DNA of 64,000 nt from a virus (taxonomy: Duplodnaviria > Caudoviricetes): positions 1 to 64,000 of the IMG/VR virus record IMGVR_UViG_2974528084_000001; one strand, 5' to 3'. Shown here piece by piece: positions 1 to 9,165 of this stretch. The notes beneath the pieces are model-generated. The model made no database searches. It saw only the letters and a program-made list of their open reading frames with translations, and had not been told where the DNA came from. The position numbers and the translations under genes are program-made. Numbering within the stretch: the first letter of the stretch is position 1; each line of letters opens with the position of its first letter.

Positions 1-359
1 GTGCATCTTTATTCAGACCTCACCCGTTGTCAGATAACGAAAGCGTAACATTTTGTTGCGTGTTGCATCTGATAACGTTGCAAGTCGCAACTAAATCGAC
101 GCCGACCAGAGCAAGGTAAGGCTATGCTAACTTTGCTAGCGTGGACGTGGGATGCAACTTTGGAAAAGGGATGTGCTAGCGTGAAGCTCTCTGCTCCATT
201 CTACGCCGATAGCAAAAAGAAACTTTACTAGGTAGTACCACCGTCGAAGATTTAATTCCCAGTGAATGCACCAAGAACGTGTATGTTCCGGCCATTGCAT
301 TGCCATCCAGGAAAACAATCAGTTGACAATTCATACAGACGAACATGTGTTCGATGTTT

Positions 360-620
360 ACAGTAGTTTATGGATTTTTATGGTTATTATGCGTTCTACC
401 TGGGGTTATATATATACTGTAAACTATAATTACTATAATTACTATATACTACTACCTAAGTCCCCTAAGATCAGCTACCCCCTACTAGTACCACGGGCTG
501 CCCACCCGTATAGACCCCGTTTCTTTTTATACGAGTATGTAACTAACCCCGATTTAGGTTTGCGGTTTTATTTTTACTCAAAAACCGCCCCTGACCTGCG
601 GTTATGTTCCATAAACCGGC
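360..620. other. AT-rich non-coding region, candidate replication origin
   Basis: Strongly AT-rich relative to the rest of the window; TTATATATATA run, tandem ACTATAATT and repeated TTTATGG boxes; next to the primase/helicase module. Confidence 0.45.
423..446 (+). repeat. Tandem 9-mer ACTATAATT (2 full copies + ACTATA)
   Basis: Direct reading: 423-431, 432-440, 441-446. Confidence 0.9.
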
Positions 621-707
621 TCCGATTTCGCGTTTAGTGAATTACGGTATCCCCGCATTTCCGCAGGTCGCCGTGTCTGGACCACTCTCCCTGGCTGGAT
701 GTGCGGG

Positions 708-816
708 TACTATCATGGGAAGCCGGGGCGGCTGAACCAGCTAACCGTAAACCTACGTTTATGGTTTTTATGGTTTACTGAGAGCTAGCCCCGCCGGATA
801 GTACCGGCGGGGCTAG
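708..816 (+). ncRNA. Candidate structured small RNA
   Basis: -10-like TACTAT 708-713 followed by hairpins at 721-733, 743-766 and 785-816; no useful ORF. Confidence 0.25.
785..816. terminator. 13-bp perfect hairpin, probable terminator for the leftward operon
   Basis: CTAGCCCCGCCGG-ATAGTA-CCGGCGGGGCTAG just past the stop at 831. Confidence 0.7.
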
Positions 817-830
817 GGTGTGTTCTGTTG

Positions 831-1283
831 TTAGTGCTTGGGGATGAACAGCTTGCTACCGCCTCGCTTCAGTGCTGCGGGGTAGCTCAATCCCTCCCCG
901 GTGAAGATCTGCTCGATCGAGGCCGGCTTGCCCGCGTCATCGCTCATCACATGCTCGACCACCCAGCTCAGCGCCTTGGCCGCACCAGCGGTCTCGCTGA
1001 CCCCAACCGCGATCTGCGATTGCTTCGTCGGGTCGGTCTCGAGCTGGAGCTTGACCGTGAGCTGCTGGTAGATGTGATGGAAGTACTCGCTGCCGTTGAC
1101 CAGGAGCTTGACTAGCTGCTGGATCGACTCGAGCATCTCTTCCTGCGCTGGCGTGTTGATCTCGGCGCTGATCAGCGCCACCGCGCCCTCGATCTCCTTG
1201 TAGTGCCAGTCGTCGGTTGCGCCATTCTCGGCAAGCTGGATTAGACGGTCCAGCGCCTCGCCTGCGGTTGCGAACTCGCTCAC
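831..1283 (-). CDS. hypothetical protein (150 aa)
   Basis: ORF with 4-bp GTGA overlap to the upstream gene. Confidence 0.75.
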   Translation of the reverse strand: MSEFATAGEALDRLIQLAENGATDDWHYKEIEGAVALISAEINTPAQEEMLESIQQLVKLLVNGSEYFHHIYQQLTVKLQLETDPTKQSQIAVGVSETAGAAKALSWVVEHVMSDDAGKPASIEQIFTGEGLSYPAALKRGGSKLFIPKH

Positions 1284-1543
1284 GGTCGGAGCTCCTTTAC
1301 CTTGTTGTCGAGCTCCTCGTAGACATCTCGGAGTAGCTTGCGGGCGTTGTCGAGGTGCGAATAGGCTGCGCCTGTGGTGATCCGCAGCCAGTCGTTGTCG
1401 TTGATCTCCGGGTGGACACCCAACCGCTCGCTCGAGTCCCGGAGGTCTATGACCTTGGAGTACAGCTTGCGCACATCGGCTGCGGCGGTGCGTAGCCTGG
1501 CTAGCTCCTGGTATATCTCTTCTTGTGTGGTCTGGTCGCTCAC
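1280..1543 (-). CDS. hypothetical protein (87 aa)
   Basis: Start moved to GTG 1543 (GTGA overlap with 1540 stop, purine-rich RBS). Confidence 0.7.
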   Translation of the reverse strand: MSDQTTQEEIYQELARLRTAAADVRKLYSKVIDLRDSSERLGVHPEINDNDWLRITTGAAYSHLDNARKLLRDVYEELDNKVKELRP

Positions 1544-1812
1544 GCTACCTCTGTTCCCTTCTTGAGTGACTCTTGGTATTCGGCCAACCTCTGCTCGAGG
1601 TATGCGTCGCGGATCGGGTTCGAGGCCTTCATATTCTTGTTCTGGCTTCTGATTCGATCCCGGTGCTGCTTGAGGCATAGCGGCCCCTTGCACCCGTCAG
1701 CATACCCGATTGGTCGGCCGTGCTTGTGTGCAGCGATGTTTGGGCTGGCGAGCTCGGCGTCCACCTGAGCTTTCAGCTTAGCGATGTACTCCTCGATGGT
1801 GTCGCCGCTCAT
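1540..1812 (-). CDS. small protein with degenerate HGxxxGYxxGCxxxxC metal-binding-like motif
   Basis: KHGRPIGYADGCKGPLC; coupled overlaps on both sides. Confidence 0.7.
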   Translation of the reverse strand: MSGDTIEEYIAKLKAQVDAELASPNIAAHKHGRPIGYADGCKGPLCLKQHRDRIRSQNKNMKASNPIRDAYLEQRLAEYQESLKKGTEVA

Positions 1813-4076
1813 TTCGATCCCTTGCTCTTGTTGTTCTTGTTCTGTACCACCTTCAATGCTGGGCTGCCCGGCAACACATACCTGTGCCCCTTCGGCCCGC
1901 GAGCTGCAGTTCTTGGATCAACGACCAGCTCACCATACTCGACCAGCTTCTCCACCTTGCGACGGAAAACGTCTTGGTCCCACCCCTTCTTCTTTCCTGA
2001 CGACCTCAACCACAGGTCGCCGCCGGTGGCGTACCCCTTGTCCTTGTAGGCGATTGCACCAGCTGCGGCAACCAGGATGGCATCCTCCATCTCATTGCCC
2101 TCGCTGGTCACAGTCTTCTCTGCGGTCATCGAGGTAGTGCGATCGAGAAACTCCATGATCCACTCTGCGGAGCGTACGTCCTCAAGCATGATCTCGGTCC
2201 GACCACTGTTGATTGCGAACAGCAGGCAGAACTTCCTGAACTTGAGGTCGAACCTCGACTTGGCGTCGGACGTGAGTTTGAGCTTCTGCATCTTGTAATT
2301 GATGCGATCGAACTCATCTTCACACTCATCGTTGAAGGGGATAACGGTGAGGTGTCGCTTCTCCTGGTCACAGCCGTTCAGGTACTTCTGAGCGATGTCA
2401 ACGTAGAGCTCCTGGGCATAACTCAGGTTGACCGGCCTGTGCCTGAACGACTTGCGCTCAGGTGCGCGGTTGCCCGTGACGATCTCAAAGCGCGCCATGA
2501 GACCATTGCCGATGTTACCTGCACCCAGGAGCCGACCAAGCACCGCCGCCTGGGTACCAGCACTGATGATGACGTTCGGGTTCACCGCTTTCTGCTCACC
2601 CATGCCCATCGACCCGGTGCTGATCGAATGGTTCACTCCGCCCGAGTTGTCGAACTTCTGGATCGTGGTGATCAGTGATGAGCCCTTGATGGCACCCTTG
2701 CTCATCAGCTGTGCGAGTTCGTCGATGTCGAGGTGCATGGTGACATCGCGGACCTTGTGAACACCACTGTCGTTCTTGACCTGCGACAACACCTGAAGCA
2801 AGTACTCGCCCGATCCGGGGTCGCGGAACTGCTTGACCCCAGAGTGCCACATGTGCTGGCCGGTCGTAGGGGAGAAGGTTCGCCAAGTGTAGGCGTCGTC
2901 GTCGAGCACTGATGCAAGATACTCGTTCGACTCCGACTTGCCCGCGCCCGAACTAGCGATGAACATGCACGCCAATGAAGGTTTGAACTGGCGACCAGCC
3001 ACATACCCACGAACGTAGGCGCCTGCACTAAGCGCAAGCAGCTGCAGGCCCCGGAAGAGCAAAAACTCCTTCGGTGTGGCCAGGTGGTTCGTCGCGTACA
3101 TGAACTCATACAGAGGCGTGTCCGGCGGGATGTTGTCGAAGATGCCTGTGATCTCGGGCAGCATCTCCGGTGCGTCGAGGTCTTCCTCTTCCTCTTCGGA
3201 GACCTCGGGCTGGGGGACGGAGTGGAGTGCCGGTCTCTCGATTGAGCTGGGCGGCGATGCCACCAGACTGGGTGGAGGATCGCGTTGTGGCTTGACCTTT
3301 GCCACTTCGACGCCGGACCCGACGCCGAACTCGGAGCGGTCGAACTTGGTAGCTCCGATGCTGGGAAGGTCATCATCCACAGCATCTAAGCTAAAACCCA
3401 GCTCCTTCGCCACCTCCTCCCCGGAGACAACATGACTCTTCATTTCTTCAACAACTTCTTCGACCTGCTGTACATACGAGGCCTCGAACTCCGCTGCCTC
3501 CCGCTGCTGGGTCTCGGGAGACTTGCCGATGTACACCTTGCCCTGGCGAACGAACTGCCAGCCGCACATCTCCTCGAGGGTGATCTGCTTGGCCTTGGCG
3601 AACTCTTTGCCCTTCGCGGCCTGACCATAGGGCAGTCCGTGCGCAGCTGCCACCATGTCGATGATCCCGCCGCCGTTGTCGCACTGGCCATAGCAGACCC
3701 ATGTGTTCTTGACGGTGTTGATGCAGGCGGCCTCGGTGTTCGAGTTGTCATGATCCGCCGAAGGGCAGAACACGAGTATCTCATTCCTGCCGCCCGAGCG
3801 CTTGGTGTCGACCTTGCGGCCGGTCAGGCGTTCGTAGACATCGCGAACCTTGAGGCGCTTGAGTGCTTCGTCCTCTTCGTTCTGACGCTCGGCCTTCTCC
3901 TTGCGCCAGTCGTGCTCGTCGTCCCAGACTTCAGGAGCGGCCTCGGCGAACTCGGATGGAACCTCGGCGTCAGACTCGACAGTCTCCAGCTGTGACTTGG
4001 CTGCCGCCTCGGCTTCTTCCCTTGCCACCTTCTCCTTGAGCATCTCAAGGATCGGGTTTGGCTTCTTGTCACTCAT
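1809..4076 (-). CDS. Zn-binding domain + DUF3987/YfjI-like P-loop NTPase (putative replicative helicase)
   Basis: N-terminal CPSADH...WVCYGQC (CHC2-like), acidic linker, Walker A ASSGAGKS and HLDIDEL Walker B. Confidence 0.7.
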   Translation of the reverse strand: MSDKKPNPILEMLKEKVAREEAEAAAKSQLETVESDAEVPSEFAEAAPEVWDDEHDWRKEKAERQNEEDEALKRLKVRDVYERLTGRKVDTKRSGGRNEILVFCPSADHDNSNTEAACINTVKNTWVCYGQCDNGGGIIDMVAAAHGLPYGQAAKGKEFAKAKQITLEEMCGWQFVRQGKVYIGKSPETQQREAAEFEASYVQQVEEVVEEMKSHVVSGEEVAKELGFSLDAVDDDLPSIGATKFDRSEFGVGSGVEVAKVKPQRDPPPSLVASPPSSIERPALHSVPQPEVSEEEEEDLDAPEMLPEITGIFDNIPPDTPLYEFMYATNHLATPKEFLLFRGLQLLALSAGAYVRGYVAGRQFKPSLACMFIASSGAGKSESNEYLASVLDDDAYTWRTFSPTTGQHMWHSGVKQFRDPGSGEYLLQVLSQVKNDSGVHKVRDVTMHLDIDELAQLMSKGAIKGSSLITTIQKFDNSGGVNHSISTGSMGMGEQKAVNPNVIISAGTQAAVLGRLLGAGNIGNGLMARFEIVTGNRAPERKSFRHRPVNLSYAQELYVDIAQKYLNGCDQEKRHLTVIPFNDECEDEFDRINYKMQKLKLTSDAKSRFDLKFRKFCLLFAINSGRTEIMLEDVRSAEWIMEFLDRTTSMTAEKTVTSEGNEMEDAILVAAAGAIAYKDKGYATGGDLWLRSSGKKKGWDQDVFRRKVEKLVEYGELVVDPRTAARGPKGHRYVLPGSPALKVVQNKNNKSKGSK

Positions 4077-4300
4077 GCGTACTCCAGTCGGCTGATCTTG
4101 ATGCGACCTTCTGGTACGCCGAGCGCCAACGAGGCGGCCCGCGTTGCGGTCATGGTGACATTGCTCTTGTGGTAGCAGCCGGTCGCGACCAGCATTCCAC
4201 GATTGTCGTAGCAGTGTATGACGAAGCCATCGAGATCGCGCTGAGCTCTGACGCGAATCTCGATACGGTTGCCTCGAAACTTATCCCTGCGATTCGGCAA
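4073..4300 (-). CDS. hypothetical protein
   Basis: TTG start at 4300 after GAGGAGG; part of track ORF 4073..4333. Confidence 0.5.
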   Translation of the reverse strand: MPNRRDKFRGNRIEIRVRAQRDLDGFVIHCYDNRGMLVATGCYHKSNVTMTATRAASLALGVPEGRIKISRLEYA

Positions 4301-4424
4301 TTGCCTCGGCCTCCTCTCGGGTCCGAACGACACCCAGCTCCTGCTGATAGGCGAGAGCCCGCTCCCTGGTCGGAACGACCTCGTCGGCGGGGGTCACGGT
4401 GACTTCGTCTTCAGGATTCGACAT
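4281..4424 (-). CDS. hypothetical protein (47 aa, below the ORF-track cutoff)
   Basis: MSNPEDEVTVTPADEVVPTRERALAYQQELGVVRTREEAEAIAESQG*; fills the operon gap. Confidence 0.55.
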   Translation of the reverse strand: MSNPEDEVTVTPADEVVPTRERALAYQQELGVVRTREEAEAIAESQG

Positions 4425-4605
4425 GTCCACACTTTCTGCAGGGGCTGGGGTTTCTGTCGGGAAAGAGTACGACGGAGCCGTAGCCGTCCAGTGAGAGACT
4501 CTGCGCGAACGCGTTGAGTCGTGCGCCCACCTCGGTGACCTTCTCGAGGTCTGGGTTGGCGTACAGCAGAATCACTGACGGGTCACGCTCTTCACTCGAT
4601 GCCAT
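4411..4605 (-). CDS. hypothetical protein (64 aa)
   Basis: ATG 4605; C-terminal CxxC. Confidence 0.55.
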   Translation of the reverse strand: MASSEERDPSVILLYANPDLEKVTEVGARLNAFAQSLSLDGYGSVVLFPDRNPSPCRKCGHVES

Positions 4606-5530
4606 AAGGGTCCTCACTCGGGTCAACGAAGGGATCGCCGGTCTCTAGTAGTACAACAGGCGAGGGGTGCGGCTTGAGCTCTCGGGTAGCCAGCCGTTGG
4701 TCGATGAAGAACGTCGGGTCTTTCTTGTTCTTTAGATTGACGCCGAGGGGGAGTCGGCAGAGGTTGCCGAGGTCCTTGTCCTTCATGGAAGCCTGCTTGG
4801 GGAATATCTCCACCGTCAGGTTCTGGTAGTTGTAGTACGGGTCGGTCTCCATGTGCTTGAAGAAGTTGTCGCCGTGCACAGCTTCGAAGCCTGCGTTCTG
4901 CGATATGAGCTTGCCCGCAAACTCAAGCGTCATGAGCGCGGCGGCGCGGGCCACCTTGGCGTCGATGGGTTCCGGGAAGAACGCGTAGACGTGGCAGCCC
5001 TTGTTGCCGGAGTAGGCAGCGGCCGACTCCAGCTGAAGGTGGTTCTGGATTGCAGATGTGAGGAAGTCACACATCGAGCGCATCTGGTACTTGAGCCAGG
5101 GGCGCGCAGGACTGCGGCGGTCAAGCCATGCAGACCGGGGATGCAGCGGGTGAACGTACTGCGCTACGACTTTGTCAAAGTCGGCATCGGTGGTCTGCGC
5201 GAGAACCTCGTCGGGCAGATTGACGTAGGTGCCGTGGCCGCGCTCGCAGCAGGGCGGAAGGGACTGGTCCTTCTTGCGCTTGTTGCAGTAGCCGGTGTCG
5301 AGGTCGATGTCGAACACGATGAGCTTGGTGAGCCCGTCCGCGTCGCAGGTGTAGTGGCCGAAGGTCTGCTCCTTGGTGACATGCGACACGAGGTCGCCCA
5401 TCTTCCAGGGTTCGCGCACAGGGCGGTATCCGCCGTCTGCGATCTGTACGGCCTTGACGTCCTTGCGTTGGATGAATCTCTTTGCGAGCAGTTTGGCGAG
5501 CGTGGCATCTCTTGCGTCTACCTCAGGCAA
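4592..5530 (-). CDS. archaeo-eukaryotic primase (AEP)-like primase/polymerase
   Basis: Motifs VFDIDLD, YSGNKGCHVY, GNLCRLPLG; TTG start at 5530 after AAAGGAG. Confidence 0.75.
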   Translation of the reverse strand: MPEVDARDATLAKLLAKRFIQRKDVKAVQIADGGYRPVREPWKMGDLVSHVTKEQTFGHYTCDADGLTKLIVFDIDLDTGYCNKRKKDQSLPPCCERGHGTYVNLPDEVLAQTTDADFDKVVAQYVHPLHPRSAWLDRRSPARPWLKYQMRSMCDFLTSAIQNHLQLESAAAYSGNKGCHVYAFFPEPIDAKVARAAALMTLEFAGKLISQNAGFEAVHGDNFFKHMETDPYYNYQNLTVEIFPKQASMKDKDLGNLCRLPLGVNLKNKKDPTFFIDQRLATRELKPHPSPVVLLETGDPFVDPSEDPYGIE

Positions 5531-5580
5531 GGTATCACTCCTTTCCACAGGTGTCCCGGTGTGTCCGGGGCACGGTGTGC

Positions 5581-5610
5581 ACCGTATCACATCATGCTAA
5601 CAATTGTCAA
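5581..5610 (-). promoter_or_regulatory. sigma-A-like promoter of the primase operon
   Basis: TTGACA (5610-5605)-18 nt-TACGGT (5586-5581). Confidence 0.55.
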
Positions 5611-5663
5611 ACACACGCCTGAGCTGCGCGTTTGCCCGGCACGCGGGCGCGCGCAGGTCTAGA

Positions 5664-5672
5664 TGGTACTAT
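5664..5672 (+). promoter_or_regulatory. extended -10 promoter (TGG-TACTAT), probably giving a leaderless mRNA
   Basis: TACTAT 5667-5672 ends 6 nt before ATG 5679; no RBS and no -35. Confidence 0.55.
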
Positions 5673-5678
5673 CGGTCC

Positions 5679-7082
5679 ATGCCGAAACTGCATCAGGGGA
5701 GACGCTACGATCTGTGGTGGCAGAACCCATTCAAGTATTATGAACACTTGAAAGACTCTGGAGAGTCGCAGGTTCTTTTCGATCACTCGCTGCTTCACAA
5801 GTACAAGGTCAATCCTCGCGAGTTCATGCTTCAGCACTTTCGTGGACTGTCGTGGCGGTGCTACATTGTCAACGAAGACTGTGCCACGTTGATCGACAGT
5901 ACGTGCGGACCTGAGCAGACCCGCGGCGCCTGGGCGGTGTGGGATGCACAGAAGCACAACCTCGAGGAACTCAAGGAGCTCATGGAGGTTCCGTGGAAAG
6001 ATCGTCCGATCTCCGAGTACGCCGACTGGTACGATATTCCTCACCCCGCTCAGCAGCATCGAGTGTTTATCAAGAACATGATTGCTGGCAGAACCGATCC
6101 AATCTGGAGAAAGCGTCGACAACGTCTGACAAAGATTCAGCGACTCTATCCCGAGTGTGAGATGTTCATCAAGCCCAAGCACTTCGGAATGGGGCTTGCA
6201 TTCGGAGCTGGGTTCAGTGCGTCGTGCCTCGATCCGTACGAGTACAGATGGATTGAGCGTGGCAAGATAGTTTTGCCTAACGGTCGCAAGGTTCACCTCG
6301 AGAGGGTGGAGGAGTTCGCCCAGGAAATTGAGCACCTAGGCTTTGATCCGTACGAGGTGCGCTACGATCAGGATGTCGGATTGCTTTACTGCATCGCGGC
6401 GATCCGCTACGCTGCCCATCATTGGGACGATCCGACCGGACCTTTCTACAGGAAGAACAGCTACCTCGACGGTCCGGACTTCAAGAACCCTGACATGTAT
6501 GCGCAGATGCCATCGTACGACAGGGTGGTTCGACCGCTCGATAAGATCAAACCAACCGACCAGATTCTATGCGACTCGTGTTCGCTGTGGCGTCTGTGTC
6601 CAGCCTATCGCGCCGAGGAGGTGTGTGGATTGCCCAGCTCAGAAACCAGCCGACTCGCCAAGCTGGCATTGTCTCGCAACGCTGACGATGTTGTCGAGAT
6701 GCTCGCGTCCGTTCTCAGCAAGCAGGCCGAGCGTGCCGAGAACGCGATCGAGGAGGAAGAGGAGACCGGCAAGGCTAACCCGCAGGTTGACAAGATGCTC
6801 AACAACGTATTCAAGAACGGCACCACACTCGCCAAGCTCCGCAACCCCGCGCTTGGTCGGCCAGCGGTGCAGGTCAACATCGGCGCGGCTGCACAGCAGG
6901 CCCAGGCTGTCGAGGCTGCCGACCCCCGCGCGCTCGCGATGACGGTCATCACAGACCTCGAGCAGCGGGGTGTGCCGCGGGATGAGATCACACAGGAGAT
7001 GATCGAGGCTCACATGCAGGAGCACTACGCGCCGAAGCAGATCGAGTCCAGCGTGGTTGACGCGGAGGTATCGGATGACTGA
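5679..7082 (+). CDS. large protein upstream of TerL; possible terminase small subunit fused to an unknown domain
   Basis: Overlaps the TerL start; CDSCSLWRLC...C motif then a helical C-terminus. Confidence 0.6.
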   Translation: MPKLHQGRRYDLWWQNPFKYYEHLKDSGESQVLFDHSLLHKYKVNPREFMLQHFRGLSWRCYIVNEDCATLIDSTCGPEQTRGAWAVWDAQKHNLEELKELMEVPWKDRPISEYADWYDIPHPAQQHRVFIKNMIAGRTDPIWRKRRQRLTKIQRLYPECEMFIKPKHFGMGLAFGAGFSASCLDPYEYRWIERGKIVLPNGRKVHLERVEEFAQEIEHLGFDPYEVRYDQDVGLLYCIAAIRYAAHHWDDPTGPFYRKNSYLDGPDFKNPDMYAQMPSYDRVVRPLDKIKPTDQILCDSCSLWRLCPAYRAEEVCGLPSSETSRLAKLALSRNADDVVEMLASVLSKQAERAENAIEEEEETGKANPQVDKMLNNVFKNGTTLAKLRNPALGRPAVQVNIGAAAQQAQAVEAADPRALAMTVITDLEQRGVPRDEITQEMIEAHMQEHYAPKQIESSVVDAEVSDD

Positions 7083-9048
7083 TCCCGTCTTCGAAGAGAT
7101 CATGTGGCTGAAGGACAATCCAGAGTTTCGCCTTCGGCCAGCGAATATCCGTGAGTTCTGTGGACCCGGATACCTCAAGGAGCGCAACGTGCGCCCCGGC
7201 ATCATGGAAGCTTTGCTTGAGACATTCGGAGAGGAGGTGAACTCTTATGCGATTAGCAATAAGCGCCGGGCTCTGCTTACTGGAGCTATTGGTATTGGTA
7301 AGTCTACTTATGCTGCCATTGCCCTGAGCTACATGGTGCACTGGATCAAGTGCCTGAACAATCCGAAGGAGTTCTACAATCTCTCGGACGATTCGGTGAT
7401 AGGCTTCATGATGATGAGCACCACCGAGAAGCTTGCGCAGGAAGTCATCTTCCAGAAGGTCAAGAAGCGAATCCAGAACTCCGCATGGTTCGATCGCTAC
7501 GCACCACTCGCCGAAGAGAACAAGCGCCTGCAGAAGCAGATGCGATTCGAGGGTGACATCTGGATCGTGCCCGGTTCGTCACTCGAGACTGCGTTCGAGG
7601 GCTACGACATTCTCGGCGGGATTGTGGACGAGGGTGACTCGCACAACGTCACCGACCAGAAGGACTACGCCGAGGCTGGCTACAACACTATCGAGTCTCG
7701 TATCGAATCTCGGTTCACCGATTTCAAGACTGGACAGCATCGCGGCCTGATGATCTGTATTGGCCAGGCCAAGCGCAAGGGCGGGTTCATGCTCCGCCAC
7801 TACGACGAGTTCTCGAAGGACCCCGACTCGGTCGCCGTGCGTATGACCATCTGGGAATCCTTCGGGTGGCACAACTACACCAAAGACAAGAACGACATCG
7901 AACTCGGGAAGGAGACGGCCGAGCGCGATAGCTTCTACTACGACATCCAGAAGCGCGAGATGTATTCGAAGGAAGCTGCGCAGCTCATCATGAACAAGAA
8001 CCTCATTGAGGTTCCGGTCCAGTACAGAAAGAGCTTCGAACGTGATCCGGTTAAAGCGCTCCGAGACCTTGCGGGAATACCTCCGGAGGTCGACGACCCA
8101 TTCATCTCCCGCCCCGACTTCATTCTCGAGAACCAGAATCTCTGGCACGAGCGCTACCCGGACTACACTACGCCTGTGGGTACCGAATCTCGACTCGATC
8201 GCATCGTTCTGCCTGATTGGTTTCTGCCTGATAATCTGGGCGGGCCTTACCGTAGGGTCATTCATATTGACACGGCTTACTCTCCAGACGGTGATGCTCT
8301 CGGGTTCGCGATGGCTCACGTCCCGGAGAAGGTTGACCAGTACGGAGAAGAACGACCCGTCATAGTCTTCGACCTGCTGCTGCGGATCAAGGCTACACCA
8401 GCCGTGGAGATCAACTTCGGAGAGATTCGTAAGTTCATCTACATGCTGCGCGATGACTATGGGTTCGAGATCGACATGGTCACCATCGACGGCTTCAACT
8501 CGTTCGACTTCATTCAGCAGTTGCGGAAGAACAAGATCAAGGCTGACTACCTATCGGTGGACAAGGGCAAGGCGCCGTACGAAGATGTTCGCGAGGTCAT
8601 CAACGACAAGCGCTGCGAGATGCCGATGTACATGGTGCACTACAAGCTCGGTGACACTGAGGTTGTGAACATCGCGTACAAGGAGCTGTCCGAGGTTCAG
8701 GACACAGGCAAGAAGATCGACCACCCGAAGGACGGAAGCAAGGACATTGCCGACGCCATCACCGGGTGCGTGCACAACCTCGTGTCAAACACGAAGTACA
8801 TTCGCGAGGCGCGCACGGTCGAGCGAAAAGGCGCGGCTGCTGCGAAGCAGAACATCGTCACCAGTGGTGAAGACTTCTTTGGCAGCTCGCCCAGCACCGA
8901 CCCGATGAAGCAGTCCATCGAGGCGAACTCTCCTATCTCGTTCGAGGAGTTCACCAAGGCGCAGAACGGCCTGGTCGGAGGTACACTGAACCTCGACATA
9001 CTCATGAATGGCAACGGCCCGCCTGGATTTGAAGATCGCATGTGGTGA
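7075..9048 (+). CDS. terL: terminase large subunit
   Basis: Walker A GAIGIGKS, Walker B IVDEGD, nuclease IHIDTA...KDIADA; start moved to ATG 7075. Confidence 0.9.
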   Translation: MTDPVFEEIMWLKDNPEFRLRPANIREFCGPGYLKERNVRPGIMEALLETFGEEVNSYAISNKRRALLTGAIGIGKSTYAAIALSYMVHWIKCLNNPKEFYNLSDDSVIGFMMMSTTEKLAQEVIFQKVKKRIQNSAWFDRYAPLAEENKRLQKQMRFEGDIWIVPGSSLETAFEGYDILGGIVDEGDSHNVTDQKDYAEAGYNTIESRIESRFTDFKTGQHRGLMICIGQAKRKGGFMLRHYDEFSKDPDSVAVRMTIWESFGWHNYTKDKNDIELGKETAERDSFYYDIQKREMYSKEAAQLIMNKNLIEVPVQYRKSFERDPVKALRDLAGIPPEVDDPFISRPDFILENQNLWHERYPDYTTPVGTESRLDRIVLPDWFLPDNLGGPYRRVIHIDTAYSPDGDALGFAMAHVPEKVDQYGEERPVIVFDLLLRIKATPAVEINFGEIRKFIYMLRDDYGFEIDMVTIDGFNSFDFIQQLRKNKIKADYLSVDKGKAPYEDVREVINDKRCEMPMYMVHYKLGDTEVVNIAYKELSEVQDTGKKIDHPKDGSKDIADAITGCVHNLVSNTKYIREARTVERKGAAAAKQNIVTSGEDFFGSSPSTDPMKQSIEANSPISFEEFTKAQNGLVGGTLNLDILMNGNGPPGFEDRMW

Positions 9049-9051
9049 CGA

Positions 9052-9088
9052 CGACCCCGCGTCTAGCGTAATGCTGGACACGGGGTCG
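9052..9088 (+). terminator. extended hairpin after TerL
   Basis: CGACCCCG-c-GTCTAGC-GTAAT-GCTGGAC-a-CGGGGTCG. Confidence 0.6.
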
Positions 9089-9104
9089 CTTCGTACTGTA
9101 GTGT
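9075..9104 (+). promoter_or_regulatory. candidate promoter for the portal gene
   Basis: TGGACA 9075-9080, 18 nt, TAGTGT 9099-9104. Confidence 0.35.
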
Positions 9105-9165
9105 CCCCGGCTAACTTCAATGCAGCGCTTCGCATCAGTGCGATCCCCTGCCGACAGGAGACGAG

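Noticed and set aside
136-637. Track ORFs 136..318 (-) and 266..637 (+)
   Set aside because: AT-rich low-complexity translations (YNYYNYY) with no RBS and atypical codon use; more likely non-coding
1544-1693. N-terminal extension of track ORF 1280..1693, and similar extensions (5530-5590, 44514-44592, 45684-45882, 57195-57720, 59904-60114)
   Set aside because: They overlap neighbouring genes; downstream starts with RBS or stop-start coupling fit better
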